Position numbers and translations under genes: made by a program
Origin: Desulfovibrionaceae bacterium
Lineage (GTDB): Bacteria > Desulfobacterota > Desulfovibrionia > Desulfovibrionales > Desulfovibrionaceae
Assembly (NCBI GenBank): GCA_036655975.1
Contig: JAVVPD010000001.1
Coordinates: 12,047 to 76,046 of the forward strand
DNA length: 64,000 nucleotides
Direction of reading: 5' to 3'
Shown: piece after piece, positions 1-9,025 of the stretch
Numbering within the stretch: the stretch's first letter is position 1
Layout of the letters: every line of letters begins with the position of its first letter
Notes under the pieces: model-generated
The model's input: only the letters and a program-made list of their open reading frames with translations
Database searches by the model: none
Told to the model about the DNA's origin: nothing

Positions 1-1
1 C

Positions 2-589
2 ACACAAGCGCTGGTGATTCTGGGGGTCATTTGTATAGGGCATACCGCATGGGATACGGACACCGTGTTTGTACTGCTGGTGGCCTTGTTCGGCTTGGGA
101 TTCATGCTCTATATTATCATGATTACCATGATTTTTTACCGCTTTTGCTACAAAAGCCTGAGCGCCGCGCAACTCAGCCCCACCTTCTGGATCAATGCGG
201 GGGCCATGGCCATCACCACGCTGGCGGGGGCAGAACTCATCCTGCATGCACCGCTTTCGCCCTTTGTAACTCACGTGCTGCCCTTTCTCTATGGAACCAC
301 GCTCATGGCCTGGGCCACCGCCACATGGTGGATTATCATGCTCATTCTGCTGGGTTTTTGGCGGCATATCGGACAAAAATTCCCCTTTAACTATGAAGCG
401 GGCTATTGGGGCATGGTCTTCCCCATGGGCATGTACACCGCCTGCACCTACACGCTGGCCGAAGCACTGGATCTGCCCTCCCTATTGGTGGTGCCGGAAT
501 CCTTCATCGGGGTGGCGCTCATCGCGTGGCTCACCACCACCTATGGCATGTGCGCCATGCTCATCCGGCGCTTGGGCGAAAAAAATTAG
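2..589 (+). CDS. TDT-family (TehA/Mae1-like) anion or C4-dicarboxylate transporter, C-terminal part; the 5' end lies outside the window
   Basis: The reading frame is open to the window edge. About 190 aa are almost entirely hydrophobic helices (FWINAGAMAITTLAG, WGMVFPMGMY), as in tellurite-resistance/dicarboxylate transporters. Confidence 0.6.
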   Translation, partial: TQALVILGVICIGHTAWDTDTVFVLLVALFGLGFMLYIIMITMIFYRFCYKSLSAAQLSPTFWINAGAMAITTLAGAELILHAPLSPFVTHVLPFLYGTTLMAWATATWWIIMLILLGFWRHIGQKFPFNYEAGYWGMVFPMGMYTACTYTLAEALDLPSLLVVPESFIGVALIAWLTTTYGMCAMLIRRLGEKN

Positions 590-2910
590 GAACTCGGCAA
601 CCAAAAAGCAATGGTACTCTGCAATATATCAGGATCAATGGGTTTAGCAATGTGGGCGTTCATCCCCGCCGCGCGGCAATGCTCTTTGTCTTCTTCCATG
701 GCGTTTGCGGTCATAGCCAGCACGGGCATGGTAAAGTGCTGGCTCCGCAAAGCCACGGTGGCGCTCAGGCCGTCCATTTCCGGCATCTGAATATCCATCA
801 GCACAATGTCAAAAACTTCCTCGTGCAGGGCCTGTAACGCTTGCTTGCCGTTGCTGACCAGCCGGCACGAAAGGCCCATATGTTTGAGCAAAGCTACAAT
901 AATTTCTTGATTAATATCATTATCTTCCGCCACAAGTATCCGTGTACTCGGGGGAATAGAGGGTAAAGGCGTGTGCGCTGTGGCGATAGGCACATCCACG
1001 TCTTCGGGCACACAGGACAGCGGCACACGAACCCGAAAAATGCTCCCTCGGCCCACCACGGATTCTAGGCTGATGGTGCCGCCCATTAATTCCACCAGCA
1101 ATTTACAGATGGCCAGCCCCAAACCCGTGCCCCCAAATTTGCGCGTAGTGGACGAGTCGGCCTGACTAAATTTGCTGAATAACTGTTTTTGCACCTCTGG
1201 CGCAATGCCTATGCCCGTATCCTGCACGGTGATAGCAAGCATGCACAGGCCGTCCACACAGCACATCCCGCGCATACACACGGTAACGCTGCCTTGCTCC
1301 GTAAATTTCAGGGCATTATTGCTCAAATTCATGAGCACTTGGGTTAAGCGCAAGGCGTCCCCCATAAGATACAGTGGCACACTCTCGTCCACATTAATCA
1401 GAAAGCGAAGGCCTTTTTCCTCCGCAATGGACGAGAACATATCTTCCAGCGTTGTGATTATTTCCTCCAGACGAAAAGGGGCCATCTCCAAGGTTAATTT
1501 GCCCGCTTCAATTTTTGAAAAATCTAAGATATCGTTGATAATCGCCAGCATATTCTTACTGGCCCGCTGAATTTTGCGTAAATACCCGTACTGCTGCCCC
1601 GGGCTAGTTTCTTTCAGGGCAAGATGCGTCAGGCCCAAAATAGCGCTCATGGGCGTGCGAATCTCGTGGCTCATGCGCGCCAAAAAGTCCGACTTGGCTT
1701 TTGAGGCTTCTTCGGCATAGGAGCGCGCACGCCCTGCCGCAATTTCCTTAGCCATGCTCTCGCCCACCTGCCCCACCATGGTGTTAAAGGCCTTTTCCAA
1801 GCACAAAATTTCATAAATTTTTGAGCTTGCGTCTACCTGCGTTTGTAATTGCCCCTCCGCAAAACGATGCGCCACTTGCTGCAAGCCCCGTAAAGGCTGA
1901 ACCAATTCGTGTGTGAGCAACCAGTACGAGCAAAAAAACATCAATCCGCTGACAATAAAGACAAAATATACCCCACCCCACACCGATTGCATCAAAGGCC
2001 CGAGCACCACAGATTCGGGAATAACGCTTAGCAAAGTCCAATTTGTATGGGAAATAGGCGTATAGGCGATGTATTCGTTCATGCCCAGCAGCCCTTTATC
2101 AAAACGCACCACCCCCCCAGTAGACGTATTACGCAAGCTATAGGCAAAATCCACCAGCTCAGGGGAGGCGCGCTCATGGGACAAACTCACAAGGGTATGG
2201 CGTAAAATAACGTCACTGTCAGGATGCACCACAATCGTCCCAAATTGGCTAACCAAGATAAGCTGGCTGCCTTCAACATTAATTGTGCCCAAATTTCTGT
2301 TGATTTCCTCCACGGATACCGCCACAGACACAACGCCCTGAAGTACCTTGTTATGAAAAAAAGGCGCGGAATACGCGCACACCATATTGTTTTGCAAAGT
2401 GCTGTAGGAGGGATCAGTCCATATGCCCCTGTGTGCAAGTTTGGGGAGTAAAAACCAGTCGGAATAGGCGTAATCGTAGTCTTTTTCCTTGGAAAAAATA
2501 CCGTATTCACTCTGCTCCCCGTACTCTATAGCCATGGGCGAAGGGGGCACGGAACCTGCCGGAAACACCCCCGCGTCAAAAGCAATGATCACCCCGTTAA
2601 TGCCGTCACAACTGAGCACGTCTGCCAACAAGCTACGATAGACCGAATCTTCCAGCGGCCCCGTGGAGTTGAGGGTAATGGCAAGAGTATCCGCATAGCG
2701 GGACATTCTGCCAAAAAAAAGATTCAGGTCGGAAGCCTGCCGGGCGGTTCTTTCCATCAGCACCGTACGCAAGTCCACAATGCCTTGGGCCCGCGCCTTT
2801 TGGTAGCCAATGTATATAAACAACAGAGCCATACATAACAGCGGAATGCCCATGATATAGATAATCATACCGCGAAGGCTGATAGGGCCATGGGGTAGTA
2901 TGTGACGCAT
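586..2910 (-). CDS. Hybrid sensor histidine kinase (TM, Cache-like periplasmic domain, HAMP, HisKA, HATPase, receiver)
   Basis: H-box FLARMSHEIRTPMSAILG, N-box LMNLSNNALKFT, G-boxes DTGIGI and GGTGLGLAI, and a C-terminal receiver (ILVAEDNDINQEI ... DIVLMDIQMPEMDG ... KP). I chose the ATG at 2910, 2 nt after the upstream gene's TGA; the ORF track uses the TTG at 2916. Confidence 0.9.
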   Translation of the reverse strand: MRHILPHGPISLRGMIIYIMGIPLLCMALLFIYIGYQKARAQGIVDLRTVLMERTARQASDLNLFFGRMSRYADTLAITLNSTGPLEDSVYRSLLADVLSCDGINGVIIAFDAGVFPAGSVPPSPMAIEYGEQSEYGIFSKEKDYDYAYSDWFLLPKLAHRGIWTDPSYSTLQNNMVCAYSAPFFHNKVLQGVVSVAVSVEEINRNLGTINVEGSQLILVSQFGTIVVHPDSDVILRHTLVSLSHERASPELVDFAYSLRNTSTGGVVRFDKGLLGMNEYIAYTPISHTNWTLLSVIPESVVLGPLMQSVWGGVYFVFIVSGLMFFCSYWLLTHELVQPLRGLQQVAHRFAEGQLQTQVDASSKIYEILCLEKAFNTMVGQVGESMAKEIAAGRARSYAEEASKAKSDFLARMSHEIRTPMSAILGLTHLALKETSPGQQYGYLRKIQRASKNMLAIINDILDFSKIEAGKLTLEMAPFRLEEIITTLEDMFSSIAEEKGLRFLINVDESVPLYLMGDALRLTQVLMNLSNNALKFTEQGSVTVCMRGMCCVDGLCMLAITVQDTGIGIAPEVQKQLFSKFSQADSSTTRKFGGTGLGLAICKLLVELMGGTISLESVVGRGSIFRVRVPLSCVPEDVDVPIATAHTPLPSIPPSTRILVAEDNDINQEIIVALLKHMGLSCRLVSNGKQALQALHEEVFDIVLMDIQMPEMDGLSATVALRSQHFTMPVLAMTANAMEEDKEHCRAAGMNAHIAKPIDPDILQSTIAFWLPSS

Positions 2911-2912
2911 GG

Positions 2913-3962
2913 TCAAGGCCTTTGAAAAAAGCGTTCATAGCTTTCATCGTGCAGCGCTAGGCCGGATTCTATCACCGCAGCGCGAGCCGCCTCAAAATCT
3001 TTCCGCGCCAACTCGCCCGGAGTGCCATCGTAACCTTGCATCAACATGCGTATGCTCCGCAACATCTGCAATTGATAATTCCGGTTAGAGCGGAATTTTC
3101 GCGCATCGCCAGCGCACAAAACCGCGTCCACGGTTTCGTCCTCGTGGGTAAAGGCATAGTCCCAACCGCGTTCCACGGCCCGCAGCACCCCTTGTACAAT
3201 TTTCCGATTTTCTTGCAGGTAATTCACGCGGGTATACAAGCCGTCGCCCGCCAGGTCGACCTTATACTGGGCAAAGGGGAAAATAGTCATTTCTTCCGCC
3301 TTCATGCCCCGCTCCAGCAGGCGCAGATATTCACTATAGTCCATGGCCTGCGTGGCGTCCGCAAGGCCGTACAAAAAAGGCGCAAGGCTGTTACTCAAAG
3401 GCAATACCTTGCCCGGAATAATCGCATTGCGCTTTAAAAACAGTTCAAACTCCAGACCAAAATCGCTCCCCCACGTTAATATGGTTTTGCCATTAAGATC
3501 TTCTATTTTTTCTATATTACTGGATTTTCTAGCAATAAGTACAGAGCCCGAATGCTGCATAAACTGCCGTATATTCACAATGGGCAGCCCTTCCCCCCAG
3601 CGTTGCAGGCCCGAGACCAGCCACGCCGTGGCAAAATCCATGTCGCCCTTAGCTAAAATACGCAAGGGGCTTTCCCCCAATTGCGCCCAATGCAATTCCA
3701 CGCGGGACAGACCTTCTTCCGCAAAAAAGCCCCGCTCTTGGGCCATAATATAGCCGGCAAACTGGGCTTGCGGCATCCATTGCAAAAGAATACGCACCGT
3801 TTTTTCTGCGGCAGCATCGTTTTCCGTCAGGGGGGTATCTGGTGTACAGGTGTGCTCTTGACGCAGCGTAAACGGCTCCGCAGTGCAGGGGGCGTGCAAC
3901 AGCACCCCACACAATAAAGCCGTACAGAACACTATTCTTAAAGATAGGGCGCGTATATACAT
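2913..3962 (-). CDS. Periplasmic substrate-binding protein, NMT1/THI5-like (nitrate/sulfonate/bicarbonate-type ABC binding-protein fold)
   Basis: Signal peptide MYIRALSLRIVFCTALLCGVLLHAPCTA from the ATG at 3962. The size and sequence resemble NMT1-type binding proteins. It is translationally coupled to the kinase gene downstream. Confidence 0.7.
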   Translation of the reverse strand: MYIRALSLRIVFCTALLCGVLLHAPCTAEPFTLRQEHTCTPDTPLTENDAAAEKTVRILLQWMPQAQFAGYIMAQERGFFAEEGLSRVELHWAQLGESPLRILAKGDMDFATAWLVSGLQRWGEGLPIVNIRQFMQHSGSVLIARKSSNIEKIEDLNGKTILTWGSDFGLEFELFLKRNAIIPGKVLPLSNSLAPFLYGLADATQAMDYSEYLRLLERGMKAEEMTIFPFAQYKVDLAGDGLYTRVNYLQENRKIVQGVLRAVERGWDYAFTHEDETVDAVLCAGDARKFRSNRNYQLQMLRSIRMLMQGYDGTPGELARKDFEAARAAVIESGLALHDESYERFFQRP

Positions 3963-4151
3963 AGATTTACAGGACTCTGGTGGAAGGTGCCTACACACAA
4001 TTCACACATTCACACAGTGTGTAGTACCATAGCAGCCTCGTACAGGGCATGCAAGCCATTATAAAAATACAAATTGATAAAATTCCATTGTATATTTTGC
4101 GTCAAAAAAAGTCTATTCGTTTATAAAATCTTGGCATTACAAAAATAAAGA

Positions 4152-4949
4152 TCACTTTCCCGCCAGTAGGCACTTTGCCGCAAAAGCTGCAGCTCCAAAA
4201 CCATTATCAATATTCACCACACTTACGCCGGGCACACACGAGCACAACATGCTCAACAGCGCGGCATGCCCTCCCGCACCCACGCCATAGCCTACGGAGG
4301 TGGGCACCGCCAGCACGGGGCAACGCACAAAACCCGCCACCACGCCGGGCAAAGCCCCTTCCATGCCGGCCACGGCAATAATACAGCGGGCTGTGTCCAA
4401 AGCGGGCAAATGGGCCTGCAAGCGGTGTAATCCCGCTACCCCCACGTCACTCACAAAGCCCGCGTCTATCCCCCAAAACACCAAGGTGCCAAAGGCTTCC
4501 AAAGCCACAGCCCGATCCGCTGCCCCCGCTGAAAGCACCATCACTTGCCCGCTCTGAGGCCAAGGCGGGCTGACGGGTAAGGGGCTCCCCAGGGCAAACA
4601 GCCCCGCTTGTGGCCACAGGCAGCCCTCGGGAAATGCCCGCGCCAGCATTGCGCCCTGCGCCGCGTTGACCCGTGTGGCGAGCACTTTTTCGGCTGGGGG
4701 CAGGCCCGCTGTGCTGTCACTGCCGCCCCCCGCTAAAACCCGCAAAGACGCGCACAATTGGTCGTCTGCCTTGCCTTGGGCAAACACCACCTCCCCAAGG
4801 CCCGTGCGTAAAGCCCGATGCCTGTCCAAATTCAGGCCCGCCAGCATATCGGCAGTGGGCCCCAGCCGGCACAGTTGCAAAGCTTCCTCAGGACTGATAT
4901 CCCCCACCACAAGACGTGCGAATACGGAACGTAATTTTTCTTCCATCAT
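4152..4949 (-). CDS. larB: LarB-like nickel-pincer cofactor biosynthesis protein (PurE/AIR-carboxylase-related)
   Basis: N-terminal DRHRALRTGLGEVVFAQGK and C-terminal PurE-like IIAVAGMEGALPGVVAG...VLAVPTSVGYG...GHAALLSML..C..GV.VVNIDNGFGAA. ATG-ATG at 4949/4946 with AGGGGG upstream. Confidence 0.75.
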   Translation of the reverse strand: MMEEKLRSVFARLVVGDISPEEALQLCRLGPTADMLAGLNLDRHRALRTGLGEVVFAQGKADDQLCASLRVLAGGGSDSTAGLPPAEKVLATRVNAAQGAMLARAFPEGCLWPQAGLFALGSPLPVSPPWPQSGQVMVLSAGAADRAVALEAFGTLVFWGIDAGFVSDVGVAGLHRLQAHLPALDTARCIIAVAGMEGALPGVVAGFVRCPVLAVPTSVGYGVGAGGHAALLSMLCSCVPGVSVVNIDNGFGAAAFAAKCLLAGK

Positions 4950-5095
4950 AGCCCAAACCCCCTTTGAATGGTGGAGCATATCCCCTCCGCATTCGGGCCG
5001 CAAGATGCCCAGCCTAGGTCAGTAATAGCTCTATTATACAGAACTTCCACTTGCCTCTTGCTTTTAACCCCCTAAGCGGGTAATGACTTTGGAAA

Positions 5096-6568
5096 ATGTC
5101 TACACGTCGCATACTATTCCTTACGCCAGCCCATGCCGTAACCCGCATATTCCCGCAATTACGGGATGCCGGTTATGAAATTGGCATAGCTGAAAACCTC
5201 AAGGGCGCGTCTGTCTTTATTCGCAAGTCAGGGCCTGGAGTTATTTTTGCACGCCCCCAATTGCCCGGTTTTCAGATTGAAGATCTGCTAGCCGTGGGCG
5301 CGGACGATCCCAATTTTCCCCCTGTTGTCGTAACCACCGACAAAGCCAGTGTGGAAGAAGCCGAACACCTATTAAACCTAGGCGCGCACGATTATTGGGT
5401 GGAACCGCTGGATTTTGATAAAGTAGTCGCCATGGCCCGCGCCCCGCGCACGCCCGCTCCAGCCCCCGCCCTGTCCACGCTGGGAGGGCGCAGACCTTTA
5501 GCCACGGCGGGCGGGCCCCGTATTGTTGGCAAGCACCCCGCAGTACACCGAGTGTTGGCTTTGGCGCGTCAGGTAGCCCCTTCCAAGGCCACGGTGCTTA
5601 TTTCTGGTGAATCCGGCACGGGGAAGGAACTGTTTGCGCGCTGCCTGCATGCCTGGAGCGGTCGCGCCGCCGCCCCCTTTGTGGCTGTTAACTGCGCGGC
5701 CCTGCCCGAACATTTGCTCGAAAGCGAATTGTTCGGACACGAGAAAGGCTCGTTCACCGGAGCCATTAACCGCAAATTGGGCAAATTTGAATTGGCAAAC
5801 ACGGGCACCATTTTGCTGGACGAAATTTCAGAAATGGATATGGCCTTGCAAGCCAAGCTCTTGCGCGTGCTACAGGAAGGCGAAATTGACCGCGTGGGCG
5901 GCTCAGAAACCGTGCGGGTGGACGTGCGGGTGCTGGCTACCACCAACCGCAATTTGGAAGCGTGGGTCAAGGAAGGCCATTTTCGGCAGGATTTGTTTTT
6001 CCGGCTCAATGTTATTCCCCTACGCCTGCCCTCACTGCGGGAACGCGGGGATGATGTGCTGGAACTGGCGCAATTTTTCATCACTATGTACGTGCGTGAA
6101 TACGGCTTAAGCCCCACCCAACTGAGCGAATCCGCCGTAGATTGGCTTATGGCCTACGACTTTCCCGGCAATGTGCGAGAACTGCAAAATCTTATGGAGC
6201 GCGCCGTATTGCTGGCAAACGGTCGGCCCATTGAGCCTGCCCACTTTTTGCTTGACCCGGACGCGTGGCCCCTGTTTGAAGACGGCGGCCCTAACTGCGG
6301 CGCGGAATCGCTGGATACGGCGGCGGAAGGCAGCCTGCCCTATGACACGGGGCCCCTGCAATCTTCCCCTCAGCCCACTGAGGGCGCAAGCTCGTCGTTA
6401 AACGGCCCTGTTATTCCCCTGCACGAGATGGAACGCATCATGATTTTAAAAGGGCTGGACGTCACTGCGGGCAACCGCACGCAAGCCGCAGAAATTTTAG
6501 GTATTTCCGTGCGTACCCTACGCAACAAGCTTAATGAATATCGCGCACTTGGTATTGAAGTTGAATAA
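5096..6568 (+). CDS. Sigma-54-dependent transcriptional activator (NtrC/Fis family) with a degenerate N-terminal receiver-like domain
   Basis: AAA+ core with Walker A GESGTGKELFA, the sigma-54 contact loop ESELFGHEKGSFTGA, and a C-terminal Fis-type HTH AAEILGISVRTLRNKL. The receiver-like N-terminus lacks the acidic pocket. Confidence 0.9.
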   Translation: MSTRRILFLTPAHAVTRIFPQLRDAGYEIGIAENLKGASVFIRKSGPGVIFARPQLPGFQIEDLLAVGADDPNFPPVVVTTDKASVEEAEHLLNLGAHDYWVEPLDFDKVVAMARAPRTPAPAPALSTLGGRRPLATAGGPRIVGKHPAVHRVLALARQVAPSKATVLISGESGTGKELFARCLHAWSGRAAAPFVAVNCAALPEHLLESELFGHEKGSFTGAINRKLGKFELANTGTILLDEISEMDMALQAKLLRVLQEGEIDRVGGSETVRVDVRVLATTNRNLEAWVKEGHFRQDLFFRLNVIPLRLPSLRERGDDVLELAQFFITMYVREYGLSPTQLSESAVDWLMAYDFPGNVRELQNLMERAVLLANGRPIEPAHFLLDPDAWPLFEDGGPNCGAESLDTAAEGSLPYDTGPLQSSPQPTEGASSSLNGPVIPLHEMERIMILKGLDVTAGNRTQAAEILGISVRTLRNKLNEYRALGIEVE

Positions 6569-6606
6569 TTTTCCACCATCAACCGCATCCGAAACACGGA
6601 GTTGTC

Positions 6607-8523
6607 ATGCTTGAGTACATTCGTTCCAACGCCCAATCTTGGGGAGTAAAGGCCGCCTTTGCGGTTATTATCTTGGTTTTTGTGTTTTGGGGCGTGGGCA
6701 ATATGGGTGATTCCGGCGCTTCGGGCGTAGTAGCAACCGTCAACGGCAAAGCCATTTTGGCCCAAGATTTTGGCGCAGCCTACCGCAATGCGGAAGAAAA
6801 TATCCGCTTACGCAACCCCAACATCACTTCTGACCAAATGAAGCAGATGAACATTGGTCCGCAAGTTTTGCAGCAATTGATCATTGAAGCCCTCGTACAG
6901 GAAGAAGCCACCCGCACGGGCATTGTGATCACCCCACTGGAATTGCGCCGCGCCATTGCGCGCATTCCCTCCTTCCAAAACGCCCAAGGTAAATTTGATG
7001 CCGAGGCCTATCAGCGTATTCTGGCAGGGCAGCGCAGCACGCCCGGACGCTTTGAAGAAAAATTGCGTAAAGACTTGCTCGACCAAAAATTGCGCGAACA
7101 AGTGAGCGCCGGTTCCTATGTAATGCCCAGCGAAGCCCGCGCCCTGTATGATTTCAGCCGTGAGCAGCGCGCCGTTGATTATGTGTTTTTTCCCGCTAAA
7201 GACTACGAAACACAAACAATTGCAGAAGATAGCCTCAAGGCCTATTATGAAAGTAACCGTGCATCCTTTATGATTCCCCCCAAAATCAAGGTGGAATATA
7301 TTGAAGCCTCTCCCGCCTCGCTGGTAGACCCCTCCACCCTGTCTGCTGAGGCCGTGAAAGACTATTATCAAAAAAATCCCAATGCTTATACTAGCCCTGA
7401 GCGTGTGGACGTGCGCCACATTCTGTTACGTCTGGCTGAGGACGCCCCTGCCGCTGAAGTGCAAAAAGTGCAGGCCCGCATGGACGCTCTGGCTGGGGAT
7501 ATCACCAAGGGGGCGGACTTTGCAGCCCTCGCCCGTGCAAATTCCGAAGACGCCATGACCGCCCCCAAAGGCGGGGAAGTGGGCCTCATTGCCCGTGGTG
7601 ACACGGTGCCCGCCTTTGAAGAAGCGGCCTTTGCCTTGCCCATTGGGCAGGTTTCCGCCCCCGTGCGTACCCCCTACGGGCTGCATCTCATCAAGGTGAA
7701 CGCGCGCGAAGAAGCCAAAGTGCAGCCCCTCGCCGAGGTGGAAAATGCCATTCGCAAGCAATTAGCCACCCTGCAAGGCATTGATCATGTCCGCGAAGTG
7801 CTGGACAATTTGATTGAAGGCAATATTTTGGGGAAAAACCTGACCGAACTTGCCCAAAGCCACAAGCTGCAAGCCCACACGACAGAGCTTCTTTCTGCCC
7901 CTGAAGTGCGCCAAAAACTGGGGCTGACAGAAAACAGCGCCGCTACCCTCATGGCAACGCCCGCCAAGTCTCCCGTGGACACCGCCCTTGAAGCCGCGCA
8001 GGATGTGTTTATTGTGGCGCGGGTGCTTGAAGCCGTTCCTGCAGGCACACAAGACTTTGCCGCCGTGCGTGACGAAATCAAGCAAAAATTACGCGCCGAA
8101 AACGCCCAGAAAGCCGCGCTGGAAGCCGCCACCACGGTACGCAAAGACATGGGCGACACCCTGCCCGCCGCGCTAAAAAACAAAGTAAAAACTTCCGCCG
8201 CCTTTGGGCGTGGCGAAGCGGTGCCCGGCCTTGGTCAATATCCTGAACTCAGCCCTGCCATCTTCACCGCCACGGTGGGCCAGTGGATGCCTTCGGCCTT
8301 CCCCGTTATTGGGCCTGAAGTCAGCGGCGCGGCGCTGGTGCGGGTGCAAAAAGTGTTCGCCACCTCTGACGAAGAATGGCAAACCATTGAACCCATGCTG
8401 GCCTCTTCGCTGGAAAATAGCCGTAAAAACGAAGTATACCGCATGTTTCTACTCAGCCTCGGTCAGCGCGCCAAGGTGGAAGTGAAAAACGCCTCCATCG
8501 TGAATGGAGAGGGAGTTCGTTAA
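6607..8523 (+). CDS. ppiD: Periplasmic chaperone / peptidyl-prolyl isomerase, PpiD-like (N-terminal TM anchor, SurA-like and parvulin domains)
   Basis: N-terminal anchor AAFAVIILVFVFWGVG. Parvulin signature VRHILLR...GGEVGLI.RG.TVPAFEEAAFAL.IGQVS.PV.TPYGLHLIKV. Confidence 0.85.
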   Translation: MLEYIRSNAQSWGVKAAFAVIILVFVFWGVGNMGDSGASGVVATVNGKAILAQDFGAAYRNAEENIRLRNPNITSDQMKQMNIGPQVLQQLIIEALVQEEATRTGIVITPLELRRAIARIPSFQNAQGKFDAEAYQRILAGQRSTPGRFEEKLRKDLLDQKLREQVSAGSYVMPSEARALYDFSREQRAVDYVFFPAKDYETQTIAEDSLKAYYESNRASFMIPPKIKVEYIEASPASLVDPSTLSAEAVKDYYQKNPNAYTSPERVDVRHILLRLAEDAPAAEVQKVQARMDALAGDITKGADFAALARANSEDAMTAPKGGEVGLIARGDTVPAFEEAAFALPIGQVSAPVRTPYGLHLIKVNAREEAKVQPLAEVENAIRKQLATLQGIDHVREVLDNLIEGNILGKNLTELAQSHKLQAHTTELLSAPEVRQKLGLTENSAATLMATPAKSPVDTALEAAQDVFIVARVLEAVPAGTQDFAAVRDEIKQKLRAENAQKAALEAATTVRKDMGDTLPAALKNKVKTSAAFGRGEAVPGLGQYPELSPAIFTATVGQWMPSAFPVIGPEVSGAALVRVQKVFATSDEEWQTIEPMLASSLENSRKNEVYRMFLLSLGQRAKVEVKNASIVNGEGVR

Positions 8524-9011
8524 TGGTGAATGCTGACAGCTATCAACATGTGGTCACAATCACATGGGAACAATTGCACCACGATGCCAAATTGCTGGCC
8601 CGTGACCTTATGGAATACGGCCCTTTCAGCAAAATTGTTGCCATTACTCGGGGCGGACTTATCCCCGCAGGCATTATCGCCCGCGAGTTGAATATCCGTT
8701 TGGTGGACACGGTGTGCATTGCTAGCTATCAGGAACGCTTACAAGCCAAGGGAATCGACATTCTGAAACCTATTCGGGGTGACGATGAAAGCTGGCTGAT
8801 TATTGACGACCTTGTGGACACAGGCCGCACTGCCAAAGCCGTGCGGGCCATGCTCCCCCGGGGGCGCTTTGCTACCGTCTATGCCAAGCCCGAAGGCTCT
8901 GCGCTGGTGGACCATTATCTTACGGAATTTTCACAAGATACGTGGATTCTGTTCCCTTGGGATTCAGAAATCCAATACGCGGCACCCCTTGCCGAGCAAA
9001 AAGTAGACTAA
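8523..9011 (+). CDS. gpt: Xanthine-guanine phosphoribosyltransferase
   Basis: Collinear with enterobacterial Gpt: VAITRGGLIPAGIIARELNIRLVDTVCIASY and the PRPP loop WLIIDDLVDTGRTA. The start overlaps the ppiD stop (TAATG). Confidence 0.85.
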   Translation: MVNADSYQHVVTITWEQLHHDAKLLARDLMEYGPFSKIVAITRGGLIPAGIIARELNIRLVDTVCIASYQERLQAKGIDILKPIRGDDESWLIIDDLVDTGRTAKAVRAMLPRGRFATVYAKPEGSALVDHYLTEFSQDTWILFPWDSEIQYAAPLAEQKVD

Positions 9012-9025
9012 AACAGGACTCTATT

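Noticed and set aside
8942-9025. N-terminal extensions given by the longest-ORF rule for glmS (8942), the HEAT-like gene (17803), the GGDEF gene (18754), pyrD (25811), the ferredoxin (26707), aor (27185), the binding protein (29622), the response regulator (36330), the NlpC/P60 gene (59756) and thiH (55441).
   Set aside because: In each case an internal ATG with a better RBS gives the canonical family N-terminus or a signal peptide, and the extension overlaps the preceding gene.
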